The translations under genes were made by a program, and so were the position numbers. A stretch of DNA of 63,658 nt, filler included, from Dirinaria sp. TL-2023a (lineage: Eukaryota), in the NCBI GenBank assembly GCA_051941275.1. It is 6 parts of 6 records of this genome, joined end to end, with 100 filler letters (N's around TTAATTAATTAA, not from the genome) between each part and the next. Parts side by side here need not be neighbours in the genome. Positions count along the whole stretch, not along the records: positions 10,646 to 21,190 come from JAVEBF010000928.1; positions 21,291 to 31,832 come from JAVEBF010000929.1; 4 more parts are not named here. One strand, written 5' to 3'. The notes beneath the pieces were generated by a model. The model did no database searches and had not been told where the DNA came from. It saw only the letters and a list, made by a program, of their open reading frames with translations. This document shows, piece after piece, positions 13,224 to 26,200 of this stretch; position 1 is the first letter of the stretch, and each line of letters begins with the position of its first letter.

Positions 13224-16200
13224 TGCGTCTGTCCAGGTACGGTCGACGCTAGAGATGGCTCAGGTAATAGGTGTTTTGACGGGTGTTGAGGGTGGACGCT
13301 GTAGGCGCGATCCCCAAGACCGGTAATCCCACATGGCCAGATCGTGATCTGATCAAGCCGTAATACCGTCACATATCTTCATTCGATCTGATCGTATCAC
13401 TACGTTGCATGATTGACTCGGGTAGCTCATCAGGAGTACGACTACTATCCTCAGCTCTCTACTCTTGGGCGGCTGACGATAGTCAAGCTTGGAAATGGCA
13501 ATATCACCAGAGGTTCGGATGATGATTGACAAGTACTGTAACTACGTCCATGGTTACTAGGGTATTATTGCTCGTGATTGACTCGCAACCCCTGAGACTC
13601 CCCTCTAGCAGGCAATACTTGAGCAACTGCGTCCTCAAATGTCTAATCAATATAGCACCTCACGGCCGATTAGGCGATCACCGCTCAAAAAATGTACAGA
13701 TCACGGAGATTTGAAACTTCATTTCAAGCCTGAAGGGGATTCTCCTTCGGCACTTGCTGTACTGCTATTGTAAAACCAGGCCAATTCAAGTATCCTCGGC
13801 GCCGAAACCTCCGAAGAGCACGGTGCTTGACCAATGGCGGATGAGACGAAAGTAATCAGCTTATAATCCTGCAAACCCCTGGATCCAGATCAAGCCGCCG
13901 ATACTCCAGTCACATTAATCGACCTGACAGGGATCCGTGACGCGCATTTTCGCATGCGATGATGCGACTGACTTTTAGGGGAGCAATTTAGGGAAAACGA
14001 CTACCTGATCTTAGCCACATCTAGGTAAAGTAGCTGCTTGGCTTGCAGAGACCACGTGGCAGGCCTGGCAAGCGGCGCCAAGCCACACCGGCACCAAAAA
14101 GCCGCGGACCCGTGGTTGCTCGGAGGAGACCCAGTCCGCGCAGCGAAGCTACCATATGGTACGGAGTACATGAGAAGTAGAAATCGAATTTGTCAGGTAA
14201 GGTGGGCTCCCTTACATGTACCTCAGCTGCGACAATAATATGGAGCCGCTGCCTACCAGCGGGGTACACAGAGGGTCAACCCGTTGCTGAACCGCCCATG
14301 ATCCTTACCTAGTAGGCAGCACACCTGGGATTGATGGCTGAGCCTTGCCTCCTGATCTCCAAAATGTTCGAAGGTGATACCCGAGGTGGTACTCTCGTCA
14401 GCCTGATAGCCTTACCTATTACATTGCGAAGCGGGCAGGCATCGCTCCCTTTTCAGATCACATGCCTGGCCCTGTTCTTCACGAATCTTAAAGCCGGTGG
14501 TGGCAAAAACCGGCAATTGTTACAAGCCCCAACGCTGATTGGCTCACCCTGCGGGCGGATCAGCTAGCAGGGAGTCGACCGCTTTTTATATTTGCTGCGC
14601 GCGGGCTCGCGGGATGCAAAGGACACGAGGCACCCTTGCAAGCTTGCAAGCTTGCACGGGCGCTGCATGACTCAAGCAGCGAGCTCTGCCTCAAGCTTCT
14701 CTGGGCGCACAATCGTAGATTCCTTAGGCCCGGACGCATCGGTTTTTGTAAAATACCTAGACAACAAGCCATGGATTTGGAAGGCTTGCCAAGCTTCAGG
14801 TCGCAGAATCGCGGCGGACCTTTCATTTGGCTCCAAGTCGGTCCTTATCACCAAAGTACATTAATAATGAGCCTTTGAGCCGACTAGCCTTGTGCTTTCG
14901 GTGTTAGAGTTCGAGACTAAGTCTCAGCTTGGTCATCCAAAGACAGCCTTGAAGGGCCAATATCTGGATATCGATCGCCACCGCTTGTATGAAAGCTGTT
15001 TCGAGATAGGCGCTTAAGTTAGATCAGCCTTCAGACAGTTGGGTGGCTTGTTCGACCACCGCAACGGACTGGCGGCAAACTCAGGGCTAAAAATCTCACT
15101 TACCTTACGTCCTTAGAATCCAATTCAAATCCGAGACGATGACGGCTGATGAAGAAAGCTGTCACCCCAAGCATCGGTGATTGCGGCTCCAGAGTACATT
15201 GGGCGTACCTGTTGTTATAGCCTTACGAAAGACCTGCAGCAGCTAGAGCGGAGTGAAGTCGATAGGATCGCTATATGTCAATCCGATATCGGTGTTCCAT
15301 GCAATGCAGTGATGACTGCATTACCCATCCATCTGGAGTCCGGCACAGACCGAAAGGTTTGATCCTTCTCACGTCAGCAATCCTAAAAGAGCGAAACGGT
15401 CGAAGGCGTTTGCGGCTCGAATCCCCAAACGATTCGAAATTCGTATTCCAGTATGATGGGTAGTGTCCAGTTGATCTAATTTCGCAGTTGTTCGCGGTAA
15501 CACGGAAGATGCGCGAACAGCTGCAATATCATGTACTGTACAGTACTGGATGCCTGTACTCCGTACATACAGAAAACTTGCCCGGGTTCCGTGCTCACGG
15601 ACCTGCTGCAGAATCTCGTGCGCATCTGCAGGAAAGCATCGGAATGATGCAGACTGGAAGCACGAGCAACCATGTACCATGAGTCCATGCGGCATGTCGC
15701 AGCCATGTGCTCTGCTGCTGCGTGCTGGTTCTCGCATTACAGCACTCGTACATACATATCCACGGGATTGTGGAACGTCGGCGTTTGATGAAACAGATGG
15801 ATCTTGGAGTCGGAGTCTTGGATGCATTATTAATATTGAATGTGAAATTGTCATTATTGTTCAGTACCTACATGTAAATTATGATTACCTGGTACAAGGT
15901 ACAGTATCTTACCTTATTATTATCCTCTTTGTTGGGCGACCCAACCTAGCATCTCCGTACAGAATGCCTGCATGTGGATTAGCGGGAGGCGATAATTCTC
16001 ATTCGATCACCCCGCGATCTCCACTTCCCTGCCGTCGCGTTCAACCGTTGGTCCCTGTCGAGAAAATCCTTTATGGCACCATTTAGAGCGATCATTATTA
16101 CTGTGTGGTCACACCGAGCACGTGTGCATCTTCGAGTTTTCGACAATCGCGCTGATCATGTCCTGGATGAGTATTTCCGAGTGCACTGCTTCGAGGGAAT

Positions 16201-17380
16201 AAGCAATTTCTCGGAAGCAAGGCATCGGTCGTGCTCCCTGTGGCCACGCGAGCCACGCATAAAAGGCGGTACGTTGCTAGTCAGGCTATCTCGATGACTA
16301 AGGTGAGGTAAGAGGGTAAGTATTAATATTATTGTGCCTAAGGGAGCCACGGGCGCCTCTTTGAATAATAACTACTGACATCATCCGCGGACATGCGACG
16401 AAGCCTGACATCCCCTGGTTCCCTTCCGCTAGAACTACTTTAGTCAACCTCGTGGAGGTTCCAACTAAGAGTACGACGACAACCTTAGACCGTACCTTAT
16501 AACTCTAACCTTGGTACTGACGTAGCAATAATGTGTACTCCTACCTCAACTCGTTATAATAATATCATTAATATAATTAATATAATTAATATAATGAAAT
16601 GGTGTGAAGAAGAAGAAGTACGAGTACTTGCGACTGTATGTACTGGACACTGCATGGCCAGTCCACTGTACTCGTCCATACAACAGTACAGTACGGAGTA
16701 CTCACTTACATACCTTACCTTACCTGCCTTAGTCCCCCTGCCTACTAAGAGCATGTAAGAGTACCTAGGTATGCAGCACCACGCGCCGACAGGGATAGAC
16801 CGGGAAAAGTGTCGCTCGCTGCATTATTCTGGTCCCCTCGTCCCTCGTGTCTTTGCCGATCGAATCTGACACAGCCAAACACTTCTCAGCAGCCCCCCAG
16901 TAGTACCCAATACTTCCTCCCTAGTAGTCGTAGTAGTAAGACCAACCCCTGCCCAACTGCTCCAACTGCTAGTCTGCCAGTCTGCCAGTCTGCTACTCCC
17001 TTCTCTCCGTCTTCTCACGCCCGGCACACCCGCTTAGTGCACCACCACCTGTCCCCCAACTGACTTTCTCATTCCCGACTCCGTTTACCATGAACCCAAC
17101 AACCCCAGCTCTTTCCTCTTTCCACTTTCCACTCTAAAAACAATTTCCCCCCAGTTACCCACACTACTCCTTCATCGCTCCGACCAAGACGATTCCAAAA
17201 CTTCCCAATACCGCCAATCTCCGCCCTGCTCTTATGCCCGCCGAACTTCCCTAGATCCTCAACTACCGGGCGATCCATACCCACCACAGCTACCCAATTA
17301 ATCCTCACCCAAGAACACACCCTGCCCGCTCACCGGCTAGAGTAGGAGAAGGAAAAAAAAAGGCTTTCGAATCGCCTTAC

Positions 17381-19914
17381 ATGCCGGGGCTGTCAACCAT
17401 TCTTCAACCTCTCTCTTCCGACGTCTCTCGACGCAAACCACCTGACGCCATTGACGAACCCTCCCTCGCCCCGTCTGCTGATCACCAGCAGCGTCTGACA
17501 TATACCCGCTCCGCTGAAACTGCCAACCCTCCTACCCAGCTTGTCGGGAAGTCGTACAACTCAACAGTGCAGCGGCTCCCACCTGATACCCAGCAGTCGG
17601 TCGCTGCTACTAGCCGCGAGGGCGAAAGGGGGTCGCCGCCTCGGAACAATAATAATAATAATCGGCTGTCTATAGCAGCGCTCAAGACCAACACTGCCGC
17701 GCTGGCGAACCTGACCCTGCGCTCAAAGGCCTCGACGACTTCTCTCCGCTCCTCTACATCCTCCAACAACAGCCTGTCGAAGCAGGCTTCCGGCTCGGAC
17801 AAGGCTGGCACAGACCTCACGTCAGCCTCGTCCAATCCATCTTACACCATCGCCTCCCAACGCCCCACGCAGCCCACCAACGTGGTGGGCAACTATCGGC
17901 CGGCCGGTGAACAACCCCAGCGCTCCCAGCCGCAGAGTGCTTCTCTCTCGGCCTTGTCTCAAGACCGTCAACGTATTCTCGACAGGAGCTTCGCACACGC
18001 GCAAACCTCTCCCCAGGGGGCGACCGAACGTGGCAACATCAATAAAATGCATCAAACTTCCTCCCGCCTTCTCCGTATGACGGATGAAGAACGTCCCTTT
18101 ACACGGGACTTTGAGGATCTGTTCTCGACGCTCATGGTTTCGCTTCCACTATCGGCGCACAGGGTGCGTTTTCAGAAAGTCGACCACACATTCACCTCTG
18201 AAGAAGCCATCAACAACCTCGGTAGCCTGAAATTCTCTCAAGCGAACCGCATGCCCGATCCCAAAGACCAGTCTCGTATCGTCACTACCACAACAACTAC
18301 AACCTTCAGCATGGCGAAAGAGATGGCCCGATCCGTGTGCCAGCGCTTCATGGACGCCCGCTTCGTCGAGTCCGCAGACGGCAAACCCGTCCCTACCTTT
18401 CCCCTGAAAAACGCAGTCTGGCAGTTGACACCCAAAGGTATGCACGTTCTCACGCGCTTCTGCCAACGCAATGGGATAAATCAACGCCATGTCTTGGATT
18501 TGCTCGACTCGCCACGCAACACCATGCAGCTGGTCATCTTGGAAAGAGACGGGTTAACCGACAAGCTTTCCCACGACAAAGCGACCATCGAAGTCATCTT
18601 CCGTCGCTTCGCTGGCCAAGACGGGCCGAACCTCAAAAGCAGCGTTTCCTCTTCCGACTCTGATTCACTTTCAGATTATTATAATGGCCTCGTAGGTGTG
18701 AAGATGGCCAAGGAAAGACAGATTCTCAAGGATATTATCCCAAACACTTTTACAGGAAAAGCGGCCGTGGATTGGCTGATGGATTGCTGCACGACGGTCG
18801 ATCGGAGGGAGGTATATGAGATCGCGGACTTGTTCATACAGTATGAGTTGATTTGGGCGGTCGTGCAGGATAAAGTCTATATACATCAGAACCAGGGGTC
18901 TGCGAGGTTTCAGCCAACGAAAAACGCCATCTACGGTCTCAGAGATAAGGGACAACGTGTCGCCGGGTGGATACCTGCGGAAGAAACACATAGTTCAGAC
19001 GAGGGAGGGAGAGAGAAATTGGGCAAGAATGGCGTTGTGGGTGGCGGAAGAGAAAAAAGCGGCAGAAGCGCGCCAAGGGACAGCAACAACAATCGGCTGA
19101 ATGTGATTGTCAATGATCCTGCATTACGGCTATTGTTCCGAGAGTTCCTGCGCGACACGCATTGCGAGGAGAATCTGGCCTTCTATATCGAAGTCCGGGA
19201 ATTTACGAGGAGCTTCGACAGCGCGGAAAAATTGAAACTGTTCACCAGGCTGGATGCTATCCGGGAAACACTTGCAGCTGCCTATGGTATGTCCAATTTC
19301 TGTTGAAGTCAAGAAACCTGCACGGATTTCATCCCGACATCTGAAATGTTTTACCATTTGGTGTTTGGTGCAGAAAAACTACATTCAAACTTGATTTTCT
19401 GCCTGAGATGTTCTTTGAATGGTTTCGCGATTCGTTTTATAGCTCTGAGCGCTTGCTAAATCAAGGAGTTTCAGGCCTCTATAACGCCTTCCTCGCTCCA
19501 GGCTCCCCTTGTGAGCTGAACATCGACCACAACCTCCGCAACAGCCTAGCCGCACGTATGACGCGCGCTGTGGGCGACGACGAAGCCATGATGAGATCTC
19601 TGCAGGAAGTCGTTGCGCTTTTCAAGGAGGCGCAGAGCTCGGTCTTCAAGCTGATGAGCAGCGTAAGTGCCCTTTTCCCATTCCAAGACCTTTTCGCGAT
19701 TTCAATTTTCTAAGAATGGGTCATCTTTTAGGATTCCGTCCCCAAATTCCTCAAAGAGCCAAAATACTCCGCCATGCTGTCTCAGCACAACTTCGACCAT
19801 CAGACCTCTTCACCATCCCACCACCCGGGTGCCCCCACATCATCCTCCGCTGTTGCGCAAACGACGCTACCGGAGCGCTCGAGGAGCAAAGTTGTTCGAG
19901 AAGCGAGGGCGTGA
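17381..19914 (+). CDS. flbA: Regulator of G-protein signalling FlbA/Sst2 type (2 DEP + RGS); exons 17381-19286, 19475-19662, 19732-19914
   Basis: MHQTSSRLLRMT.ERPFTRDF, TTTTTTTFSMAKEMARS, FTGKAAVDWLMDC, FREFLRDTHCEENLAFY, LYNAFLAPGSPCELNIDH, FKLMSS|DSVPKF. Confidence 0.93.
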
Positions 19915-20209
19915 TAGCACGCACAAGACCGCCACAGCTCATCAGTGGAACAACAACTCTGACATTCTGGGGATATTTCACCGCCCGCCACACGCATCAC
20001 ACATCCCGCGCCTCGAGCTTTTGAGGGGAGCTCGTCTGCGTCCGCGAACTCCGTCACGGCTGCTCCGAAACATTGGATACCCGGGATGAGAAGGGCGAGA
20101 GTTGGTCGCGGATCCTGACGCCACATTTATCCTCTTACCTCTGAAATGGATCGAAACCCCGGTAACCTGGGAGGTGGTATTGGGTGTTGGAAGGTGGATT
20201 ATGGTTTCG

Positions 20210-20242
<33 letters not shown>

Positions 20243-20981
20243 GTGGTTTATGTATGCATGGCATCCTTTTTGGGCATTTTTTCAGTTCGGTTTTGCAAAC
20301 AGGGGGAATAATCTCACATCGCCGATCTGTCATGGGTTGGAATCCGACTGCATTCATTTTTTTTTTTTTTTGGGAAACGCCGAAGCATCAGCTGTTTGCT
20401 GTTCATAGCATTATTGGATCCATGAGCTGGAAAATTGTGCCCGATCCAGAGAGGTCGGAGTATCGTTGCTTTATTTAGGGAAGGGAGAAGAACACGGAGA
20501 CGAGCGGGATGCATGTGTGTGTTGGAAAGAAAGGGGGCTTAACTGCAGATAGCATAGCCTTGGAGAGAATTCCATCAATCATCGAACAAGTACAAAAGAG
20601 GGCCGTACTTGGTACGACTACATTAATTCTAAGTTCATCGATCGTCCAGTATCTAAACGATTGGTCCGGATTCTTTGGGTCCTTGGATTCTAGGGTTCTG
20701 AACATCATCATACCCTTACCTTATCATAATGTCCCTAAGGCAAGACCACGGTGGTGAAAAGCACCTCTGACTCTTTCCAAAACGCCTTCCCCGCGCACGT
20801 GCGGGGCTCTATCAAATTTCTTCTCAGGTCTCTAGGTACCTTACCTTAGGTACTAAGGCAATAATTCAGTAAAATATCTACAGCTTCCATTGCTTCTCCC
20901 AAAAAAAATAAGAAACCCCCACAAAACCCGAAATAATCCCCTTTCCCCCTTATCAAAAACCCCACCCACCATCGCGCAACC

Positions 20982-21164
20982 ATGAAACTCACCCCTACAA
21001 GCGCAGCTCTCCTCTATACCTCCGTCTTCCTATCCACCTTCGTCCTGCTCGCGCTCTACGTCTATTCCCTCTACCGCGCGATCGATTTTCTGCTGCTTAA
21101 GCTTCCGGCTTCGCTGGGCAGGCAGCTTGTGCGGGTCTTCGAACCGAGATCTATGGCGGTGTGA
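20982..21164 (+). CDS. Possible small single-pass membrane protein (60 aa)
   Basis: ATG in CAACCATG context, one long hydrophobic helix, C-ending codon bias; no recognisable family. Confidence 0.3.
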   Translation: MKLTPTSAALLYTSVFLSTFVLLALYVYSLYRAIDFLLLKLPASLGRQLVRVFEPRSMAV

Positions 21165-21190
21165 GTGGTTGGTTTATGATGATGATGATG

Positions 21191-21290
21191 NNNNNNNNNN
21201 NNNNNNNNNNNNNNNNNNNNNNNNNNNNNNNNNNTTAATTAATTAANNNNNNNNNNNNNNNNNNNNNNNNNNNNNNNNNNNNNNNNNNNN
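21191..21290. other. Artificial contig spacer
   Basis: Same N44-TTAATTAATTAA-N44 linker. Confidence 0.98.
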
Positions 21291-22110
21291 ATCCCCACCA
21301 GCGCCATTGTGACCTCCTCCTCCGCCATGATCCCCATTCTCCTCTCCACCACCCCCATCCTTATTACCTTCATCACCGGAGTCTCCCCCCCACTTGGCTT
21401 GGTTCGCGGCCTTTGCTGCAGCTTTCCTCGCCTTTTTATTCGCAGTTTCTCGTACGTTCGATGTGTCATCAAAGTCGAGAGAGGGCACCGGCATGGGATC
21501 TATGAGGGAATTGTTGTCTCGCCAATCTAGATCGTTTTTCGTCCCTGAGGGATTCCCCGAATCCTTCCCCTTCAGCAACGGTGGCAGGTCGATGAGCCCA
21601 CGATCAAATGCTGAAAGATTGACTTCCGCGTACGAGGGAGGCTCGTCAGCTATCACATCGGCATAAGTGGGGGGCTGCTCGTCATCGGGATAGTACGGCG
21701 ATAGTAGATATTCCAATATTTTAGAATCGCGGGGGGATTTGCTGGACGCAAGTAACCGAATAGACTCAAACTAGTAAGAGGTCAGCATCTGCTCGCAGGG
21801 CTTGGGCCCCAATTGCGAAGTGTGAAGTCGCAAAACCGGCGAAGGGTCTGGTCCAAGGAACCGCTTTAGGTTGAGGCTGATGTAAACATGGTTTACCTAC
21901 CCAGTCGAAGAGTGGCGTGGTAGCGTCTACCGGGTCCCGCTGCACGCAGAAAGTATCACACCGCCACATGGAGCCTGATGAGAGTGGAGTTTTCTCATTC
22001 ACATCATCCAGGGCGCTCTTTGATGGTAGGGTCTTTCGTTCGAGCAAGTCGTGGTCGCGGCGACCGTCGCAAGACATGTTGACAGGAGACATGGGTGCCA
22101 TTGGTGGCAT
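21291..22110 (-). CDS. Hypothetical protein, 5' part (exons 22110-21901, 21770-21291), truncated by contig edge; Gly/acidic low complexity
   Basis: GTAGGT donor and GCTGAC...TAG acceptor fuse ORFs 21766..22110 and 21243..21716 in frame; frame open into the gap. Confidence 0.55.
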
Positions 22111-23210
22111 CCGAAAAGGTAGATCGTAATACTCCAGACGCGCTCATGGAAGCTGCAGATAGACAATGCGAGAGGCACGAGTATGGTAGACGCAATTGCT
22201 GATGAACGAAATCGAAGAGAAATCCTCCCAGGAATATTAGATGCTTGAGTAGTCGATAGCAATAAGCGGCGAGGAGGTGCAGCCGTTGAGTCCTTCTAAT
22301 TCGTCGAAGCGATCACACGCCCTCTATTTTCTCCTAGTGTATATAGTACGAGTGACCTACCTTACCGTACCTTGACGTACCTACCTCACATCAGGTACCC
22401 TTGCTTCAGACTTGGTGTATCACTACCTACGGCTTCTTATCTACTCGAATCCCCTTAGCCCGATCGCATAGCCGAGATCGTGCGAGGATCCCGTGCCATG
22501 GCTTGTCCAGTGTCCACGATGTGCCTTTCCGAATTTTCTCTGCGCTGTGACTGGAAAGGGGAACTGGTGATGCCATATCACAGCGTTGGCGGGGGCGACT
22601 CGCCGTGCGTGCGCCTCGGTTGGTCTTCTGCATCACCTGCTGCAGGCTCCCTATAGGTCTGTGTCCGACCCGATAATTACCTACCTTAAGCTGTAGACAC
22701 AGCCAAAAATTGATCGTTATTGGCAACAGCAGCGACTGCAATTCCGATGCCGCTTAACGTCTTTGCAGTTTGTCAAACGCCATGGAACGGTAAAATAGAG
22801 AGTTTGTAGAAAAAAGCAATTGTTAAGGTATATCAAAAGCATTGAGGTCTCTCAGCCAGGATGATTTGTTCAAATAAAGAGGACATTCTCTATCGCTCCT
22901 GTCGATGGAGCATGGCAACAATATGCCCTATCAAACAAATGTAAAAAAGTTTAGAATACATGCACGCATTTAGACTCTGAGGGTCTTCGATGATCTCTCT
23001 CTCTAACAACTCCTGTAATGCATAGAGCCACGCATGGCTTGCTTCCCCAACTCCGCGCATACACTGTAGATGTGTCTCGATTTAGAAAACAAAGAACAGT
23101 AGACCGCCATGATCGTGCGTCGAATATGGACCGATCCAAGTACATGCAATGGCATGCTCGCATCTTGGCACTAAGCTCCTGCATTGTGAATCGTAGATAT
23201 CACTCGCCTC

Positions 23211-26200
23211 CTACTCAGACTTCAAAGCTGTCTGGTCGCGCTTGACAGCATCACTATTCGCAGCGCCGTCCTCCTTGGGCGCATTTTCCATCTCCTTCGC
23301 CTTCAATTCCACTATCCGGCTGTACATATTCTTGATTTGTGCAACTTTGGTACCCCGATTGGGCCAGTATTGGGACGCATAATTCCTAAGCGAGCGTCAG
23401 TGGAAAGGTCAGCCACCGAGGCCAAGGTTACTTACCACAGATCATCCTCGAAAATCCCATCCTCTCGCAGAAGCGGATCCTTGAGAGAGTCTTGAATGAA
23501 GTTGCCGATATTAACAAGTTCAACTCTCAGGACGTTCGCACGCGCCGAATCCTCCGGAAGCATCTCCTTAGAAGCAGACTTCACTGCGTTAAGGGCGGTT
23601 CGAATGGGCGTGAATAAGCCCTTGTAGAACATCGCTTGCTGCTCACTAAATACGATTTCGTTACGCGGATGATCCTTGGGTTTAGGGCGTTGATGGCCCG
23701 ACTTCTGAAGACGTCTGATTTCGCTGCCGCGGGGACCGTGCCCCCCATCTGTCTGTCCGTTGGCTGAGATGCGACGTTCAATGCTATCGCGGCGATGCTG
23801 TTTCTCGGGTCTACGCGATTTCTGGATTCCTGAAGGAGCTGGAGATGCAGAGCCCCCAAGACGTCCATTGGCTTGTTTGGCCACATGCATGCCGTTCTTC
23901 TTATTATTCCGATGGTGGTTCTCTACTGCCCGTTTAGCGGCAAGGTTGGTGCCATTGCTGATCTTCTCCTTCAGGACCGAAAGCAAGTAATCGGCACGGC
24001 GCACTAGGTGGACTGCTCCAGGTGATTTGGCCACTTGCCCATCACCTTTGTTGCGTTCTTCTTTCTTCTCTACTCGATTCTCTTCCAGAAAGAATTTGTC
24101 CTGCAAGCCAAGATCAGGATCGTCGCGGATCTGTGTCCAGGCACTATGACCATGGCGGTGAATGCCGACAAGAAGCATGCCATCCTCGCGCGCCCCCCAC
24201 TCGCAGCTATATTCGGCGCCTTTTGAAGCTTCCAGAACTCGAAAATTGGTCTGATCCGGAATCTTGCCGATGAGTTCTTTAAGTATCCGCATCTCGCCTG
24301 GACGTTCCATAATGGTCCTGGCATTGTTGCGTTTTACACCTCTATAATTGAAGAGGACTGCTTTTCGATCTTTCTTCGTAATCGGTTTGCCTTGAGCGCG
24401 CTCCAATGCATCGATCCGGTCATCCTCTTGCTTGACTAACTGCGATGCATGACTGACAACATCGTTCAATGTAGTCTTCAAGACTGCACGGTCTCGTGAA
24501 GCAAGGCGAGCGTCCTTCACAAGCTCATCACCACGATCGTCGATCGACCCAAACCGGAGATAGCTTCGTACGAGGTCCCTGATCTCCCTCTCATTCAGCG
24601 CACGCGATGGATCTTCATTGGATTGCTGATCTGAACTCTCTGCGGCAGCTTCGGAGGCTGCAGCAGTCCTTGCTCGTTTCTTCGCAGCGCGCTCGTCTCG
24701 AGCCTCATCCAGTGCCTTTCTCTTCACCCTCGGCGCATTCTGTGCAATCTGCTCCTCAAGATATTCCTGATCCTTCTTCTTCTTCTCTTCCGCCTTAATT
24801 TGCTCTAATTGGTCTTTAGGGATGATATCATCCCATTCAAGGTCGAGTTTGACATCAGTGTACTCGAAACTCTTCAAAAATTCTTCGCCACCGTCTACGG
24901 CAATCGTCTCTTGCTGTTCTGTGTGGTGTTCTTCGGCGTTTTGGAGGATAGCGTCAAGGTTCAGCTCCTCTAGTTTCTTTTGGTTGCCAGATTTCTCAAA
25001 CATTTTCTGACCGCGACGCTTGAGAATGCGAGAAATATCATCTGCGGTTGTAGGCTCGGCGATCTTCCCAGCACGAGCCATTTTCTCTGTCAAGGCCTTT
25101 TCGTCTTTGTCCGTAATACCCTTTTGGATAGTAACGTGCTCCAATATAAGCTTGTTCCGGGCTCGCTCAAGCACCTCTTCTTCCACTGTGTCCTTGGAGA
25201 CAAGTCTGTAGACCATGACGGGTTTTGTTTGGCCAATGCGGTGAGCACGGGCCATTGCCTGGAGATCAGCTTGTGGGTTCCAGTCAGAGTCGAACAGGAT
25301 CACGGTGTCGGCGGTCATCAGATTGATACCGAGGCCACCGGCTCTCGTTGACAAGAGGAAACAGAAATCTTTGCTGTCCGGAGTGTTGAAGTGGTCAATT
25401 GCCCTTCGACGAGGCGCTGCAGCTATGGTGCCGTCCAGTCGCTGATACTGGTAACCACGTAGGGACATGTACTGACTCAAAAGGTCTAGCATCTTTACCA
25501 TCTGACTGAAGACTAGCACCCGGTGGCCCTCTTCTTTTAACTTTCTGAGTAATTGATCAAGGAACATCATCTTACCACTGCTGGTGACCAGGCCCTTCAG
25601 CAGGTCTTCGCGGCTTTCGCTGTCACCCAAAATGCGTTCCTGAGCATTTGGAAACATGAAAGGGTGGTTGCTAGCCTTCTTCAACTCCATCATGATGTTG
25701 AGCAATGATTGCTTCTGACCATTAGCTCCTTCGTTAAGTGCCGCATAATTGCGAGTCAGAATGTTCTTGTAGTATTCGAGCTGAATGTCTGATACCTCCA
25801 TTCGAATGATGAACTCCTTCTTGGAAGGCAAGTCGCTCTCAACCACGCTTTTCGTACGCCGAAGCATATACGGCCGTATCAAATCCATCAACTCGGTAAG
25901 CTTTTTGGAAGCTTCTTCCGATTGAAGGTCCATCTTGTCTTCAATGTGGACAACCCCAGGCATCAGAAAGTCCATCAAAGAAGATAATTCCGATAACGTA
26001 TTCTGCAAAGGGGTACCAGTGATAAGAAGACGGCTTGGGACTTTGAAATCGACCAATTTTCCATAGAGTTGCGACTCCCGATTCTTCAAACGATGGGCTT
26101 CGTCAACAGCCATGAACTGCCACTTGATCTGGCTTAGGAATGGCGCATCGCTGTAAGCCATCTCGTATGTAGTAAGGAGGACGTGGAATTTTGTTTTCTT

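Noticed and set aside
13526..17320. Numerous 60-180 aa ORFs upstream of flbA
   Set aside because: No domains or codon bias, overlapping on both strands; consistent with chance
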